From positions 11,347,818-11,411,817 of the forward strand of contig CM119265.1 of NCBI GenBank assembly GCA_051294375.1: a DNA stretch of 64,000 nucleotides. The letters run 5' to 3'. The notes below the pieces were generated by a model. It was not told the DNA's origin and did no database searches. It saw only the letters and a list, made by a program, of their open reading frames with translations. Each line of letters begins with the position of its first letter. The first letter of the stretch is position 1. The position numbers were made by a program, and so were the translations under genes. Shown here piece after piece: positions 1 to 12,696 of this stretch. The DNA comes from Paraspadella gotoi (lineage: Eukaryota; Animalia; Chaetognatha).

Positions 1-412
1 TTTTTAGTCGGATCTGCTTATCAGCAGATTCCGACTCTATAATTCTGCCAAAAAAATGATGTCCGTCCGTCAGTCCGACTGTCCGTCCCCCCTTAGCAAA
101 AAACTTCAATTACTCGTGATTGGATGGATGGATTGGTATGAAATTTTGTGTGTGGGTAGGATACTGTGTGATTGAGATGGATATGAAGTTTCAATGGAAT
201 CGTGCGAGTGGAAATTGGTTTTAATGGAAAAAACAAAAAAAAATCTATTTCACTATTTGAACGCCAATTTCTCATGAGTGGATAGGGCAATTGACTTAAA
301 ATTTTGTATAATGGTAGGAAAGTGTGTAAATAAAGTTTATAAAGTTTCTATGGAATCGTGCGAGTGGAAATGAGTTAAAATGGAAAAAAGAAAAGTCATA
401 TCTACTGGAAGT
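1..412 (+). mobile_element. HINE/DINE-1-like non-autonomous Helentron, 5' part
   Basis: Starts TTTTTAGTCGGATCTGC followed by an adjacent inverted copy (GCAGATTCCGACT), a (GTCC)n microsatellite and ~155-bp internal tandem units. Same family recurs across the window. Confidence 0.7.
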
Positions 413-754
413 ATTTTTACTTAAATTTACTCAGTTTTTTTTTTTTTTTTTTGCTTTTCTTTTGTGAATCAGCAGGGCGCGAACCCGAGTCCTTTGGATT
501 TTGAGGAGCTCGCGCTACCTCCGGCGCTACCGGACGAGTAAAGGGGCTGTTCAGCTTCTCTCTCTCTCTTTGAATTATATGTCGCTTTCTCTTTCTCTTT
601 TTCTCCGTCGCTACTGCTTCTGATTCTGATTTGTGACGTAGTCGTTGTCGTCGTTGTTGTCGTCGCATCATAATCCAGGTTAAACCACTCTTCTATTCTT
701 GCTTGCAACTTCTCTATGCAAGTTGAAAAAATTATGCAAGTTGAAAAAATTATA

Positions 755-2090
755 ATCTGACTACCCAAATTGCAAACGCGTTTGCCAGAAATTCGGTTAA
801 AAAACACTTGTAAAAACGCCACGATTCCAAGAGCGTTGCATCTGAAGAGCTTGTCCTATTCGTTTTATGGCATTTGATAAAGGATTTAATATCAAACAAG
901 CCAGGGGAAATGCACTACTCATCTCCGGAGAATTTTCAAACCTCATTTTTACTATAGAAATGAAAGGGAAAGTTTACAAACTTAAAATTGCAAACGGGAT
1001 TGCTATATGTTCCTGTTACATGAGCAACTTCGAATTTCGCAATTCTGATAGCTTTGTGTCTGAAGAGCTTGTCCTATTTTTCTTTTTTCATTTTTTATTA
1101 ATGATTTTGACATAAAATGATCAGGTTTAAATGAAATAGTCCGGTTTGAATCGCGAAATTTTTATTTAAAAAGAAATTAAAAGGAAGGTTGAGAAAAAAA
1201 CTGATTTTTCCTAATATCTTTTGAAGGAATAAAGATAAAGGGATGGCAATAGTACCAAAATGAAGCCATAATCATAGGGCACATACAAGATACAATTTTA
1301 GAATTACTTATGCTGAAACCTCCTTTTAGGTGAGTGTCAAACTCAGTCAAAATTATAATGAATTTTAAAACTAATGACAACCCCATAAGAATAAATGAAA
1401 ATTTAATTCTTTTAATGATTCTGAAAGAAAAAAGGCTAAATTGTACTCTAGTCAAACTTTAAAGTTTTTTGGATAAAGAAAATGTGAATTTTTTGTCACT
1501 TTGCTTGTCTGATTTTACAAGCATGCTTACAAAATTCTACAAAATATTATTCACCCATCACAGCCTAAGTATTTATCTTTCTTTTTCCACCAGCAAAAAA
1601 GTAAACATTATTTTATGCTAGAGAACAGGGATATTTACTGAAATGAGCCGGAAGACATTCAACTTCTTCACTTTACTGTCATTTTTCAATAATAAAATAG
1701 GCGAATTTTTTATTATTTAACTCTCACAGGCTTCACAAAACATTATACTTTTATAATATCCCAATTTTAATGTAATTTATTATATTTTTTACCCAGTATC
1801 ATAAAATAACAGAAAGTTGTGGATTCCTTCGCTCGTTTAAGAAAAATATAACTAACGGAATTATAAGTTTGTAAGAGGAAGTCAGAATCGGGCAAATCTT
1901 AAAAGGCGAGAATGTTGAAAAAAAGGGTTGGAATTTTGATTGGTTTCCTAAGATTTCTCCACAATGTGAGGTCCGATTAAAGGGAAACTTGAGATTTACA
2001 ATATTCCCGTCATTCCACATCTATCGATATAAAAATATAAGAAAAAAGTCACTGGCTTCTTTCTATAACGGCTTCCTATATCACGTTCTA
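755..2090. repeat. Unclassified ~1.3-kb dispersed repeat (family B); other copies at ~9360-10500 and ~25030-26350
   Basis: Long near-identical sequence shared by three loci; no recognisable coding domain. Confidence 0.8.
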
Positions 2091-3009
2091 AATATTTGTT
2101 TGCAGTTCTCTCTCTGTCTCACTCTCTCTCTGTCTCTCTCTCTGTGTGTCTTTCTCTCTCTGTGTGTTCTGTCTTTCTCTCTCTGGTGTCTGTCTCTCTC
2201 TGTGTGTCTGTCTCTCTCTGTATGATCTATTGCGTGATCGTTCGTTTTTTTAAAATTCTGATTATTTTTTTCCTTCTAAAAACTTTTATTATCGCCATTT
2301 ATTATATTTTCTCAATACAAAATCCCAAAATACAATAACTTACTTGACCGTACATTTCGTGTCGTTGCGGGGCAATGAGTAAACAATGCGGATGTCAAAT
2401 AAATCGTTGTCAAACAAAACTGTTTTTCCTGATGACTATAATGTATTTCTCAATGTATGAGCTCTAATACATCAAAGATTACGCATTGTTATGCTGAATG
2501 ACCTTTCCTCTTAAAGCGAAACTTGAGATTTACAATATTCCCGTCATTCCACATCTATCGATATAAAAATATAAGAAAAAAGCCACTGGCTTCTTCTTTT
2601 ATAGCGGCTTCCTAAGTTATATTTTTTATTTAACTTTTTAAGCTCTATCAGAATTCATCAAAAAAGTTAAGATTAATAAAAAAAAATTTATCATTATATA
2701 GTAATATTGTAAATGGACTCTAACAAGAGAGTGCGTCCCCCAAAATATGAGCAAGATAACTCTTTAAGTAATAAAATATGAAATTATTATTATTAATTAA
2801 TTAGTTAAAATATTACTGTAACTCATGTTAATCATTAACATTGCTAAAGACTATATTTAGCTACTGGAAAACCGTAAAACAGAACTAATATTAAAATCCA
2901 AAATGAAAATGGATACATTTAGATTTAATTCTTCAATCTCATTTAAGATCATATTAAATAATCATCTCTTACATTGTTTTTAACTTATAAATTTGACTCT
3001 TTGATTGTA

Positions 3010-3330
3010 AATCACTTACCCCCCGAAATTGTACATTTTTTCTTTTTTTTTTTGTAAATTGCTTTAGCGATTTACTTACCCCCCGAAAATTGTAAATTCC
3101 CATTAGCTCAATTTTTTTTTTTCATCTTTGTAACTTTTGCTACCTACTACGAGGATCTGTTCTTACTTTTTCTACTATGAGCATTTTCCCTTTACTTTCT
3201 ATAGAAATTTGTTCTTCTGTCTGCACCCACTAGATCTTCACTTGCATCACTTTATACAAAATAGCAAATTTTTTTCTTGTTTTAGTCTTAATAAACCAGA
3301 TGGCTCCACAAACAAAAGAGCGTTTTTAAA
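3010..3330. repeat. Unclassified dispersed repeat (family D); other copies at ~3890-4310, ~22040-22150 and ~24690-25010
   Basis: Shared motifs ACCCCCGAAAATTGT, TCTGCACCCACTAGATCTTCACTTGCA and ACAAAAGAGC. Confidence 0.7.
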
Positions 3331-3513
3331 ACAAAATAATAATGAAATTTAGTTTTAGTATACCTATTCTTAAACAACATGTATTGGCGCAGTCACTGGT
3401 TTATCCGTGTATCTGCGTGTCCAAGGTTTTATTTCTTATTCTATATTCTTATTATATTTCATTTTATTTCGATCCGAAGAGCGTAAATTTATTAATTTTC
3501 GTTTTCGTTGCAG

Positions 3514-3597
3514 GCGATGCAAATATCCTCTGTCAAGTCGGCTCTTACTCAAGAGATAAACGAGTTGAAGAAGGTCAAAATTGATTTGGAGACTCGG
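3514..3597 (+). CDS. TMF1: TMF1 coding exon 7 (located upstream of exons 5-6)
   Basis: Acceptor ttcgttgcAG. Coiled-coil AMQISSVKSALTQEINELKKVKIDLETR, phase 0 as needed after exon 6. Consensus donor G|GTAAGT. Confidence 0.8.
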
Positions 3598-3657
3598 GTA
3601 AGTCCCTCCTTTAATCGTGGTTGAAGTGGCTGCTAACTTCCCAATATTCTTTCCCAG

Positions 3658-3885
3658 GTCCAACAGTTGACGGGTAAGGTCGTCGACCTGGAGCAAAGTC
3701 GCAGGACCAGGTCACCGCCGCCTTCTCCTCGACGCTCGTCCACTCCTCGACCCCCCTCCTCTCCACCTCCTTCGATCCACTCTCTGGTCGCTGCCTCCTC
3801 AGCGCCCTCTCTCTATAGCGCCATCCGGGACTCAGGATCGTCCTCCTTGCAGTTTGAAGAGATGCAGAGTCAGCTCAAACAAAAG
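3658..3885 (+). CDS. TMF1: TMF1 coding exon 8 (runs into the C-terminal TMF TATA-binding region)
   Basis: Follows a 60-bp intron with a GCTAAC branch point and ttcccAG acceptor. Ends SLYSAIRDSGSSSLQFEEMQSQLKQK, resembling TMF1 NLYDAVRMGAGSSIIENLQSQLKLR. Donor AAG|GTCAGT. Confidence 0.85.
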
Positions 3886-4529
3886 GTCAGTTTTTGTAAA
3901 TCGCTTTTTTACCCCCCGAAAATTGTACAATTTTGGGCCGCTCCCTTTTTTTTTCAATTTTTTTTTTTTTCGTCTTTGTAACTTTTGCTACCTACTACGA
4001 GGATTTGTCTCTTACTTTTTCTACTATGAGCATTTTCCCTTAACTTTCTATAGAAATTTGCTCTTATGTCTGCACCCACTAGATCTTCACTTGCATCGCT
4101 TTACACAAAATGGCAAATTTTTGCCTGTTTTGGTCTTAATAAAACAGATGGCTCCACAAACAAAAGAGCATTTTTCTGAATTTTCACCATATTCTACGAG
4201 AGGGCTTTACAAAGCAGGAGGTCTTTTGTAAGACCAAGGAACATTCATTTGCTCTTCTGTCTGCACCCACTAGTTCTTCACTTGCACCTGCTCTTCAACA
4301 AAACATTTTTTTAAAAATAATTTTTTTTATATTTTTGCAAGTATTTTTTTCCTATTCTATGAAAATATGCAAAATTAACTGTTTTACTATTTATCGAGCC
4401 AGGACCGGCGTTGCCGGGTCCTGGCTCTATAATGTTTTAGAATTGCTTCTTTGTGACGTCGTCGTCGGCGGCGGCGGCGTCACGCAATTTTTATATAAAA
4501 ATCTTAAAAGCAATAGGGATCGAGCTTAC

Positions 4530-4690
4530 TTTTGATGATAACCAAATATTGATGCGATGATAACCAAATATTGATGCGATGATAACCAAATATTGATGCG
4601 ATGATAACCGAAGGATTGATGTGATGATAACCAAATGATGGATGCGATGATAGTCATTCATTGATGCGATGCTAGTCATTGACGTGATGA
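4530..4690. repeat. 22-bp minisatellite (GATGCGATGATAACCAAATATT), decaying
   Basis: About 7 tandem units are visible; a reverse-complement relative lies at ~60445-60500. Confidence 0.85.
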
Positions 4691-5136
4691 GTTAATTAGA
4701 GAGAGAGAGAGAGAGTGACTGAGAGAGAAATATAGAGAAAATAATAAAATAATAATAAAAGTTTTTAGAAGGAAAAAAATAAAAATCCACAAAAATCTCG
4801 GAAATAAATTTGGGATTTTGTATTAAGAAAAAAGTGGCGTGATAAAAATAAAATTGTTTTATTAGAGTGTGATTAAGCATCAATTAACTTTCTATTTTTT
4901 TTTTCAATTGAAATAAGACTGAAGTCTTTTGTTCATCTCGTTCAAAATGAGGTTGAAAACCTTATTTTTTTTCATATTATTGAAAATGAATGAGATTGAT
5001 ATTGATTGTATGAAATGAAAACTCGTCGCTATAAAGCTAAACTATTTTCAATAATAACGGTCAAAAAATTATAATCTCTATTAACTAGAAGAGTTTGAAA
5101 TGAATTTTCAACAACGATTTTATTTTTAATAAAAAA

Positions 5137-5178
5137 AACGGACATGTTTCGGCTTAACTCCAAGCCTTCATCAGCATT
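5137..5178 (-). ncRNA. Minimal type I hammerhead ribozyme inside a ~200-bp insertion (5086-5283) with a 13-bp TSD
   Basis: Minus strand reads AATG-CTGATGA-AGGCTT-GGAGTT-AAGCC-GAAA-CAT-GTC-CGTT. AATCTCTATTAAC is duplicated at 5073-5085 and 5284-5296. Confidence 0.85.
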
Positions 5179-5455
5179 AAAAAAGTTAGTGAATTTGAAA
5201 CAAATTATGTGCATAAAGAAAGAGTGAGAGAAAGAGAGAGAGGGCAAAGTTTCCAACACAGAGTTGAGAAAGGATTATACCACAATCTCTATTAACAAAA
5301 TATATAGTTGACAATAATCAGTTAACGACTATGATATTTTTTTTACTTATTCAAATAAATTTTATTTCCTCATCTTAAAAAAAATTTAATCTTGAATGAA
5401 ATTTTAGATTGTTATATTTTTATATATATTAATCCGCGCAATTGCCGGATATATA

Positions 5456-7187
5456 CAGTAGCATCCGTCTAGAATTTCTGAGACGGCAAGCTCTGTAACT
5501 CGAGTACAAATGATAATTTTAAAGAGCTTTTGTCTTGATATAGAGTACACATGTGGCTACTCCCCCTTCGGTAAGCCATTGCTCTATGACCAATTTTGGA
5601 ACATCACAACTTATTGTAAAAAGAAGCTTCAACCAGATTTGAACCTGAATCCTTTTCATAATGTTGAAATCCGGCGCGCTAAGCACTCGGCCAAATGATT
5701 TTCAAAAAAATTAGTACAAATTAAATTATATAAAGCTGTAGGTTCGCTTTTAATATTTGGGGGGAAACAAATATTCAACGTTTGAAGGCAGAGATTTTTA
5801 CATCCGAGTCCCAAGTTTCCCGATTCGTGACGGAACGTTGCAACGACGACGATTGATACGAAGAAGAAAGCGAATATCTGGCTTATTTTTAATGTTTGAA
5901 ATTGAGAAAAAGTCAAAGCTTCGACGTTGAACATTTTCACGTTGCTTTTAAGGTGTTTTATTAAGTGTTTTTAACGAGTTGCTTATTGTGAAACAACTGA
6001 AACTGTTTTTATACATGGTCGCCTATTGTATCAATAATAATAAATAGGCTAATTATTGAGAGAATGAAAGAATGAAATTGTTTCGAAAAAAGAATAATTT
6101 AAGTTTACGATTTGCAAAAAAACAATTTTGAGGAAACAATGTCGGATCTGCCTACAATAATTAAGCGGTAATAAGCTAATACGATGATAATTCTTGGTAA
6201 TGTTTTCTGACTTTCAATTTTTGATCTTAACAGATCATAACACGTTGTAACATAAACAAGTTTGAGCAAACAATGTCGGATCTGCCCACAATCATTAATG
6301 GTAATTAATTAATTAATAATTAATTTAAGTTAATTAATTAAGCAATTAATTATTTTGATCCAAAAGTTTGTTTTGATTGATTGACTGATTAATTATTTGA
6401 TTAATTAATACATCTTACATTTAATATAAAAAGGAAAAAGAAGCATAATCAATTAGTGAAATAGGTTCTCTGTTTTTTCCATTTAAACTCATTTCCACTC
6501 AAACGATTACATCGAAACTTGATTTCCAGCTTAATCACACACTTTTCTATCCAAATACAAAATTTCAAGTCAATTGCCCCATCCACTCCTGAGTAATTGG
6601 TGTTCAAATAGTAAAAAAAATTTTTCCATTTAAACTAGTTTCCACTTGGACGATTCCATCGAAACTTCATATCCAGCTCAATCACACACTTTCCTACCCA
6701 CACACAAAATTTCATTCCAATCCATCCATCCAATCACGAGTAATTGGTATTTTTTGCTTAGGTGGGATGGACGGACGGACAGACGGACATCGTTTTTTTT
6801 TGCATAATTTCTTATAATTCGATGTTCTGACATGATATAAGTGAATTTCCGACAAGATTGAGGGACTGAAAGTAGATCCGACTAAAAAGAAAAAAAAAAA
6901 CCACAATTTATATTGAGGTTTTTGAATTTTTTTTTTTAAATAACGAGATGGCCGAATGGTTAAAAACTAAGACTTCGACGCAGAATGGAATGGTAGGATT
7001 CAAATCCCACTCAAGGTAAAATTTTACAATAAACTGCTATGTCCCAAAAGTGGCCGTAGAGCTATGGCTTACCGAAGGGGGAGTAGCCATATGAGTACTC
7101 GATAACAAGACAAAAACTCTTTCAAATTATCATTTGTGCTCGAGTTACAGAGCTTGCCATCTCAGAAATTCTAGACGGATGCTACTT
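5456..7187. mobile_element. Tc1/mariner-type non-autonomous element with ~165-bp TIRs, flanked by TA, containing a nested HINE
   Basis: TA|CAGTAGCATCCGTCTAGAATTTCTGAGA... at the left end and its reverse complement ...TTCTAGACGGATGCTACTT|TA at the right end. Confidence 0.8.
6254..6888 (-). mobile_element. HINE/DINE-1-like element, near full length
   Basis: Sub-terminal inverted repeats GTCGGATCT...AGATCCGAC, (GTCC)n tract, 3' hairpin GTTTG-CT-CAAAC and terminal CTTGTT, with T-rich ends. Confidence 0.75.
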
Positions 7188-8611
7188 TATACATTTGTGA
7201 GATGTTGTCAGAATATGAATAAAATTTTAACAGTTTTATTAGCATTTACTAAGAGAAATATTTTAGATGTGTCATTTTTTTAATCAGTCATAACTATTAT
7301 ATTAGTGAATATTATGTTTTTATATTACCGTCTTAGATGGGCCTTCGGTAGCTCTACAACATGAGTTTTGGTTATCTCAAAAAAATATTTGTCACAGCTC
7401 AAAATTTTAATAACAAAATTCAATTGTCATTTATACCTAAAATATGCAGAGAACTGGATTTATTTTTTAACCATAAAATAGCCAAAGCATACCTTATCTG
7501 CTGGTAGTCTCAAAAATTTAAATTAAAATAAGCATAATCTCATTTACATATTTAAAGATTTTTCTACTTTACTAAATTTCTCCTTACTAGGTAAGTATTT
7601 TATTATTGTTTTAAGTGCACAACAATTACATTGTATAAGCTTTAACTTAAGATTATTTTGGAGAATTTTTAACTTTATTTTCAAATTGTTATTATTTTTA
7701 AAATGTTACTTTAAAAAAGGTATTTATTAATACTTTATCAAATTTCCATTTTTGTTATTATTATAAAAAGAGTTTAAGACAAGGATTCTAAATATATAAA
7801 TTTTTTGTAAATTAGATCTTCCAAGGCCGAGATATGGCATTTTGAAATTGTCAAAAAGAGAAAAAAATATCCCTTCAAACTCCAATAAAAAACTGTACAA
7901 TCAAAATATCTCCTTAATATTTTAAAGATTTTAGGTAATATTTTCATTCAAATTAACAATTTAACAGTCTTTAAGTTTCAGATCAGGTATCGCCTACCTG
8001 TCACACAAGTTGATGTACATGTGACATTGCCTGCATTATAAGTTATTCTTCCTTTTTTCTAAAATGAATCCACTAAAAAAAAAGAGATATATATATATAT
8101 ATAGAGAGAGAGAGAGCCGGAACTCGTTTAATCGTTTACTCGTCGCCTAGTGACGGTGGTGAAAAAAAAAATATAAAGTTAATTTATGCTTAATCACACA
8201 CTAACAAAACAATTTTATTTCTATCACGTAGACGAGAATCTCGCTTATAAAAAAATTCAACATTTTTCTAATAGAGAATTCCGTTCAANNNNNNNNNNNN
8301 NNNNNNNNNNNNNNNNNNNNNNNNNNNNNNNNNNNNNNNNNNNNNNNNNNNNNNNNNNNNNNNNNNNNNNNNNNNNNNNNNNNNNNNNNNNNNNNNNNNN
8401 NNNNNNNNNNNNNNNNNNNNNNNNNNNNNNNNNNNNNNNNNNNNNNNNNNNNNNNNNNNNNNNNNNNNNNNNNNNNNNNNNNNNNNNNNNNNNNNNNNNN
8501 NNNNNNNNNNNNNNNNNNNNNNNNNNNNNNNNNNNNNNNNNNNNNNNNNNNNNNNNNNNNNNNNNNNNNNNNNNNNNNNNNNNNNNNNNNNNNNNNNNNN
8601 NNNNNNNNATG

Positions 8612-8990
8612 AAATGAGAGTGGGAGAGAGAGAGAGAGAGGGAGAGAGAGAGCGAGCGCAAAGCAAAAATTTTTAAACAATACATTTAGCAATGTACAAC
8701 AGAGATAAAGTGCATGAAATCTAAACATAAACTGAAATTAATGTTAACAATAGAAATTAATAAGTTATTAGAATAAAGTGAAATTTGAAGTAGAAAATAA
8801 GTGGTGAGGGATAGATAAGTGAAGAAAAGTGAAAGTAACTTATTAGTTAGTACTCTACTAACTTATTAATTTCTATTGTTAACATTAATTTCAGTTTGTT
8901 TAGATTTCATGTACTTTATCTCTGTTGTACATTGCTAAATGTATTGTTTCAAAATTTTTGCTTTGCTCTCTCTCTCTCTCTCTCTCTCCC
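8612..8990. repeat. Fold-back (inverted) duplication of the hammerhead-family element body
   Basis: ~8625-8770 is the reverse complement of ~8857-8990. The turn lies at hairpin GTTAGTAG-TACT-CTACTAAC. The body matches 18150-18370 and 21120-21270. Confidence 0.75.
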
Positions 8991-9116
8991 ATATAAATAA
9001 AACTTTTTTTTTTTTATTACTGATGACTATAATTATGTATATACTCTCTTTTCGTTGTTTTTGAGGTATTAGGAAAAACAGTTTTGGTTTGACAACGATT
9101 TTTTGACACAATTTTA

Positions 9117-9167
9117 GTCAACATGTTTCGTCGGCTTTTCATTTAGAGCTTCATCAGTGTTTGACAT
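9117..9167 (-). ncRNA. Degenerate hammerhead ribozyme motif in element ~9075-9340
   Basis: Minus strand reads CA-CTGATGA-AGCT...AGCCGAC-GAAA-CATGTT. Same element body as the other copies. Confidence 0.55.
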
Positions 9168-9207
9168 CTATTATTTTGTCTCTGTTGAAGTAAGTTTTTG
9201 AGAGAGA

Positions 9208-9238
<31 letters not shown>

Positions 9239-11143
9239 AATTAAAGGGAAGAGTTTCCAACAAAGAATAAGGTAAGGGACAGTGGTCAGATGTGAGACAG
9301 CTGAAGGTGAGGAGAGGAAGAAGTAAGGTCTTGATGAACCTACAATTTTAGGTTGAGTGATCCCTGGCCTTAAAAAAAATTCAACATTTTTCTAATAGAG
9401 ATTTCCATTTGAATCTGACTGCCCAACTTTACAAACGAGCCTGCAAGAAATTCCGGTAGAAAACAGTTGTAAAAACACACTATTCCGATAGCTTTGCATC
9501 TCAAGAGTTCGTTCCTTTCTTCTTGTGGCATTTGATAAAGATTTTACTATCAAACAAGCCAGGGGAAATGGACTACTCGTCTCTGGAGGATTTTCATACC
9601 TCATTTTTACTATAGAAATGAAAGGGAAATTTAGCTTTTTTAAAATTATTAACGGGATTACGGTATATTAGCATTATAAATGATACTTCAAATTATGAGA
9701 TTCCAAAAGCCTTGTCCCTAGAGCTCGTTCTATTTTTCTTTTTATTATTGACCAATTTTTTCATATTAAACCAACATGGTAAAGTGAATTGGTCCAGTTT
9801 TCATCGCGAAATTTTTATTTAAAAAGAAATTAAAAGGAAGGTTAAGAGAAAAAAACTTATTTTTCCTAATATCTTTTGAAGGAACAAAGATAGAGGGATG
9901 GCAATAGTACCAAAATGAAGCCATAATCATAGGGCACATACAAGATTCAATTTTAGAATTACTTTTGCTGAAACCTCCTTACAGGGTGAGTGTCAAACCA
10001 AGTCAAAATTATAATGAATTTTAAAACTATTGACACCCCATAAGAATAAATGAAAATTTAATTCTTTTTAATGATTCTGAAAGAAAAAAGGCTAAATTGT
10101 ACTTTAGTAAAACTTTAAAGTTTTTTGGATAAAGAAAATGTAAATTTTTTGTCACTTAAATAATTGCTTGTCTGATTTTACAAGCGTGCTTACAAAATTT
10201 TACAAAATATTATTCACCCCATCACAGTCTAAGTATTTATCTTTCTTTTCCACCAGCAAAAAGTAAACATTATCTTATTTTAGAGAACAGGGACGTTTAC
10301 TGAAAGGAGCCAGAAGATGTTTAACTTCTTCACTTTAATCTTAGTTTTCAATAATAAAATAGGCGAATTTTTTAATTACTCAACTTTCACAGGCTTCACA
10401 AGACATTACACTTTCACAATATCCCAATGTTAATGTAATGTATTATATTTTTTTACCTAGAAATTACAAAAGATTAGAAAGTTGTGGATTCCTTTATCAA
10501 AATGTCTCTCTATTACATTTTTACAAATGTTTTTAAGATTGCTTATCAAATTTTTAAATCAATATTATTGCAGTCGTTTAGGCTGCAACTCTTCAAATTC
10601 AGTATTGATTCATTGTAGCTCAAATTTCTTTACCATCTATTTAACTGAAGATTTAGTTCATGACCGGAAAACCAACAGAGTAACAAGATTAATTGTTTAA
10701 TTCTCCCCTTCTAAATTATCCCTTACTGTGTTTTAACTTCTTACCTAGAATTTTTTAACAATCAGATTAAAAAACTAATCTTTAAAAAATGTGCTTACCC
10801 ATTTAACTTAACAATTTTTGTTATTTAAAAAAAATGATTGAAAACAGAATGTTTACACAAAAACGCGCTCATTAGAATCTCCCCCACCTTCTTTTCTTGC
10901 CTAAGATATTTTTTCTTCAAGAAGAGTCCAACGGTTTGAGCTGCAACTCTTCGTTTTTAACTTCACTTCGTCAAGAAAGTTAAATTCTAAACTCATTAAA
11001 CATTTACATAAAGTAAAAAGTCAAATTGAAATAAATTCGATAAGTTTTTTAACTCATAAAAATAAAAGTATAAAAACCCGTCTGGAAAATGTGTAGAGTA
11101 GTTTATTTTAGACTTATTAGTGATAAACCAAGTATGTATGTAT

Positions 11144-11742
11144 TAAGGCGTAGTGAAAGTTAATAGGAAAAATTCTAAAAGTCAATTATGAACAACATAC
11201 TATCAGTGAACATTAAATTGGTAAAAAAAAATTAATTTTATGTTTTTTAATTTTTTGCAGTAGGATATTATATATAGTACTATCCTTATAAATCGAAAAA
11301 TCTCAAAATGGGCTTTTCTTAATTTTGATTGCAGATTTGAATTCCTCGTCAAAAATTGATAAAAGAAAATATAAATCATTTTTTAAAATTCTTCATTAAG
11401 TGGGTTAAAAATTAAAAAAAAAACAATATTTAATATATAAAAGTTAATTTCAGCTAAAATATAGCTTTTTTAATTTTGACTCACTTAATGAAGGAATTTT
11501 TCAAAAGAGTTATATTTCTTTTATATCAACTTTTATGAACAAATCCAAATCTGCAAAAAATTGTAGAAAAACTGTTTTGAAATTTTAACATTTATTGGTT
11601 TAGTATTAGTATAAAATATGGCCTACTGCGTAAATTTTAAAATTTATTAATAAATTTTTTTATATATAAATGTTCATTATATAATATTGCGTTCTCATTA
11701 GAATTTTAATTAAAGTAAATTTAGAAATTTTACTACGCCTTA
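11144..11742. mobile_element. Palindromic MITE with TAAGGCGTAGT TIRs and a GTAT 4-bp TSD
   Basis: GTAT|TAAGGCGTAGT...ACTACGCCTTA|GTAT. The halves are diverged inverted repeats. An uninterrupted copy of the host repeat is seen at ~28960-29220. Confidence 0.8.
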
Positions 11743-12518
11743 GTATTATGTACCAAAGGAAGAATTAAATATAAGAAGTAGAAATTGAGCTTACTGTAAG
11801 AATCAGTTTTAAGTAAAAATTTAGTTGTAGAAATTTAGCTTACATTAAAAAAATATTTTTCTCTTGAAAATCTAGTTACCGAAGAAAAAATTTTAAATTT
11901 TATATGAACATTTTATGTAGATTTTAAAAGTTTTTCGATTATTTTTCAATAGAAAACCTCTTACAAGATATGAGAAAATGATTAAGATACAGTAAATTAA
12001 GATTTTTTGAAATTGAAAGGATAGATTTGAGAGATGAGTTAGTAAATGAGGCATGATCGATGAGGCCGGGTCATTGGCATGTCATAGGCTGAGATGACAG
12101 TTGGATTGAGCTTGTCATGGATGCGTCAGGAAGAGTTCCCTGCGGGAAGAGCCCAAGTGCTATTCGAATGTCTCTCTGGCCTGATACGCCTGCCGACTGC
12201 CCTCTTCTCGCCTGCTGGCGAGGCGGGCGGTTGTCCGTTCTTGCCGCTTTTGCGACAGGAGTGTCGGGCTCCTCTCCCTCCTCCTGTAGCCGCCGTTTTG
12301 GGCGGCGCTCATTCCACAGAGGAAGGGACTGAGTTGCTACATTTATATATCATAAATATATCACAATTTTAATTATATAAATATATTTTTAATATTAAAA
12401 TATATTATATATTATAATATAAAATAAATATTAATTATAATAAAAATATAAACTATATAATTTAAAGAATATATTATGAATATTTAATTTCTTAAATTTT
12501 AATTTTATATATAGTAAT

Positions 12519-12696
12519 GGAGCCGGAGTTGGAGCCGGAGCCGGAGCCGAGTTGAAATTTTTGCTGGAGCCGGAGCCGGAGCCGAAAAAAAATTTTGCTT
12601 GGAGCCGGAGCCGGAGCTGGAGCCGGAAAAAAATTTGGCCTGGAGCTGGAGCCGGAGCCGGAGCCGAGACAAAATTAGGTCGGCTCCACATCCCTG
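12519..12696 (+). mobile_element. Right end of a hAT-like MITE with (GGAGCC)n subterminal repeats
   Basis: Ends CGGCTCCACATCCCTG|GTTTAAAT and is followed by the 3' half of a HINE (12697-13165). Confidence 0.75.

Noticed and set aside
8186-8728. ORFs spanning N runs (also 29184-29576 and 56608-56931)
   Set aside because: These are artefacts of assembly gaps.
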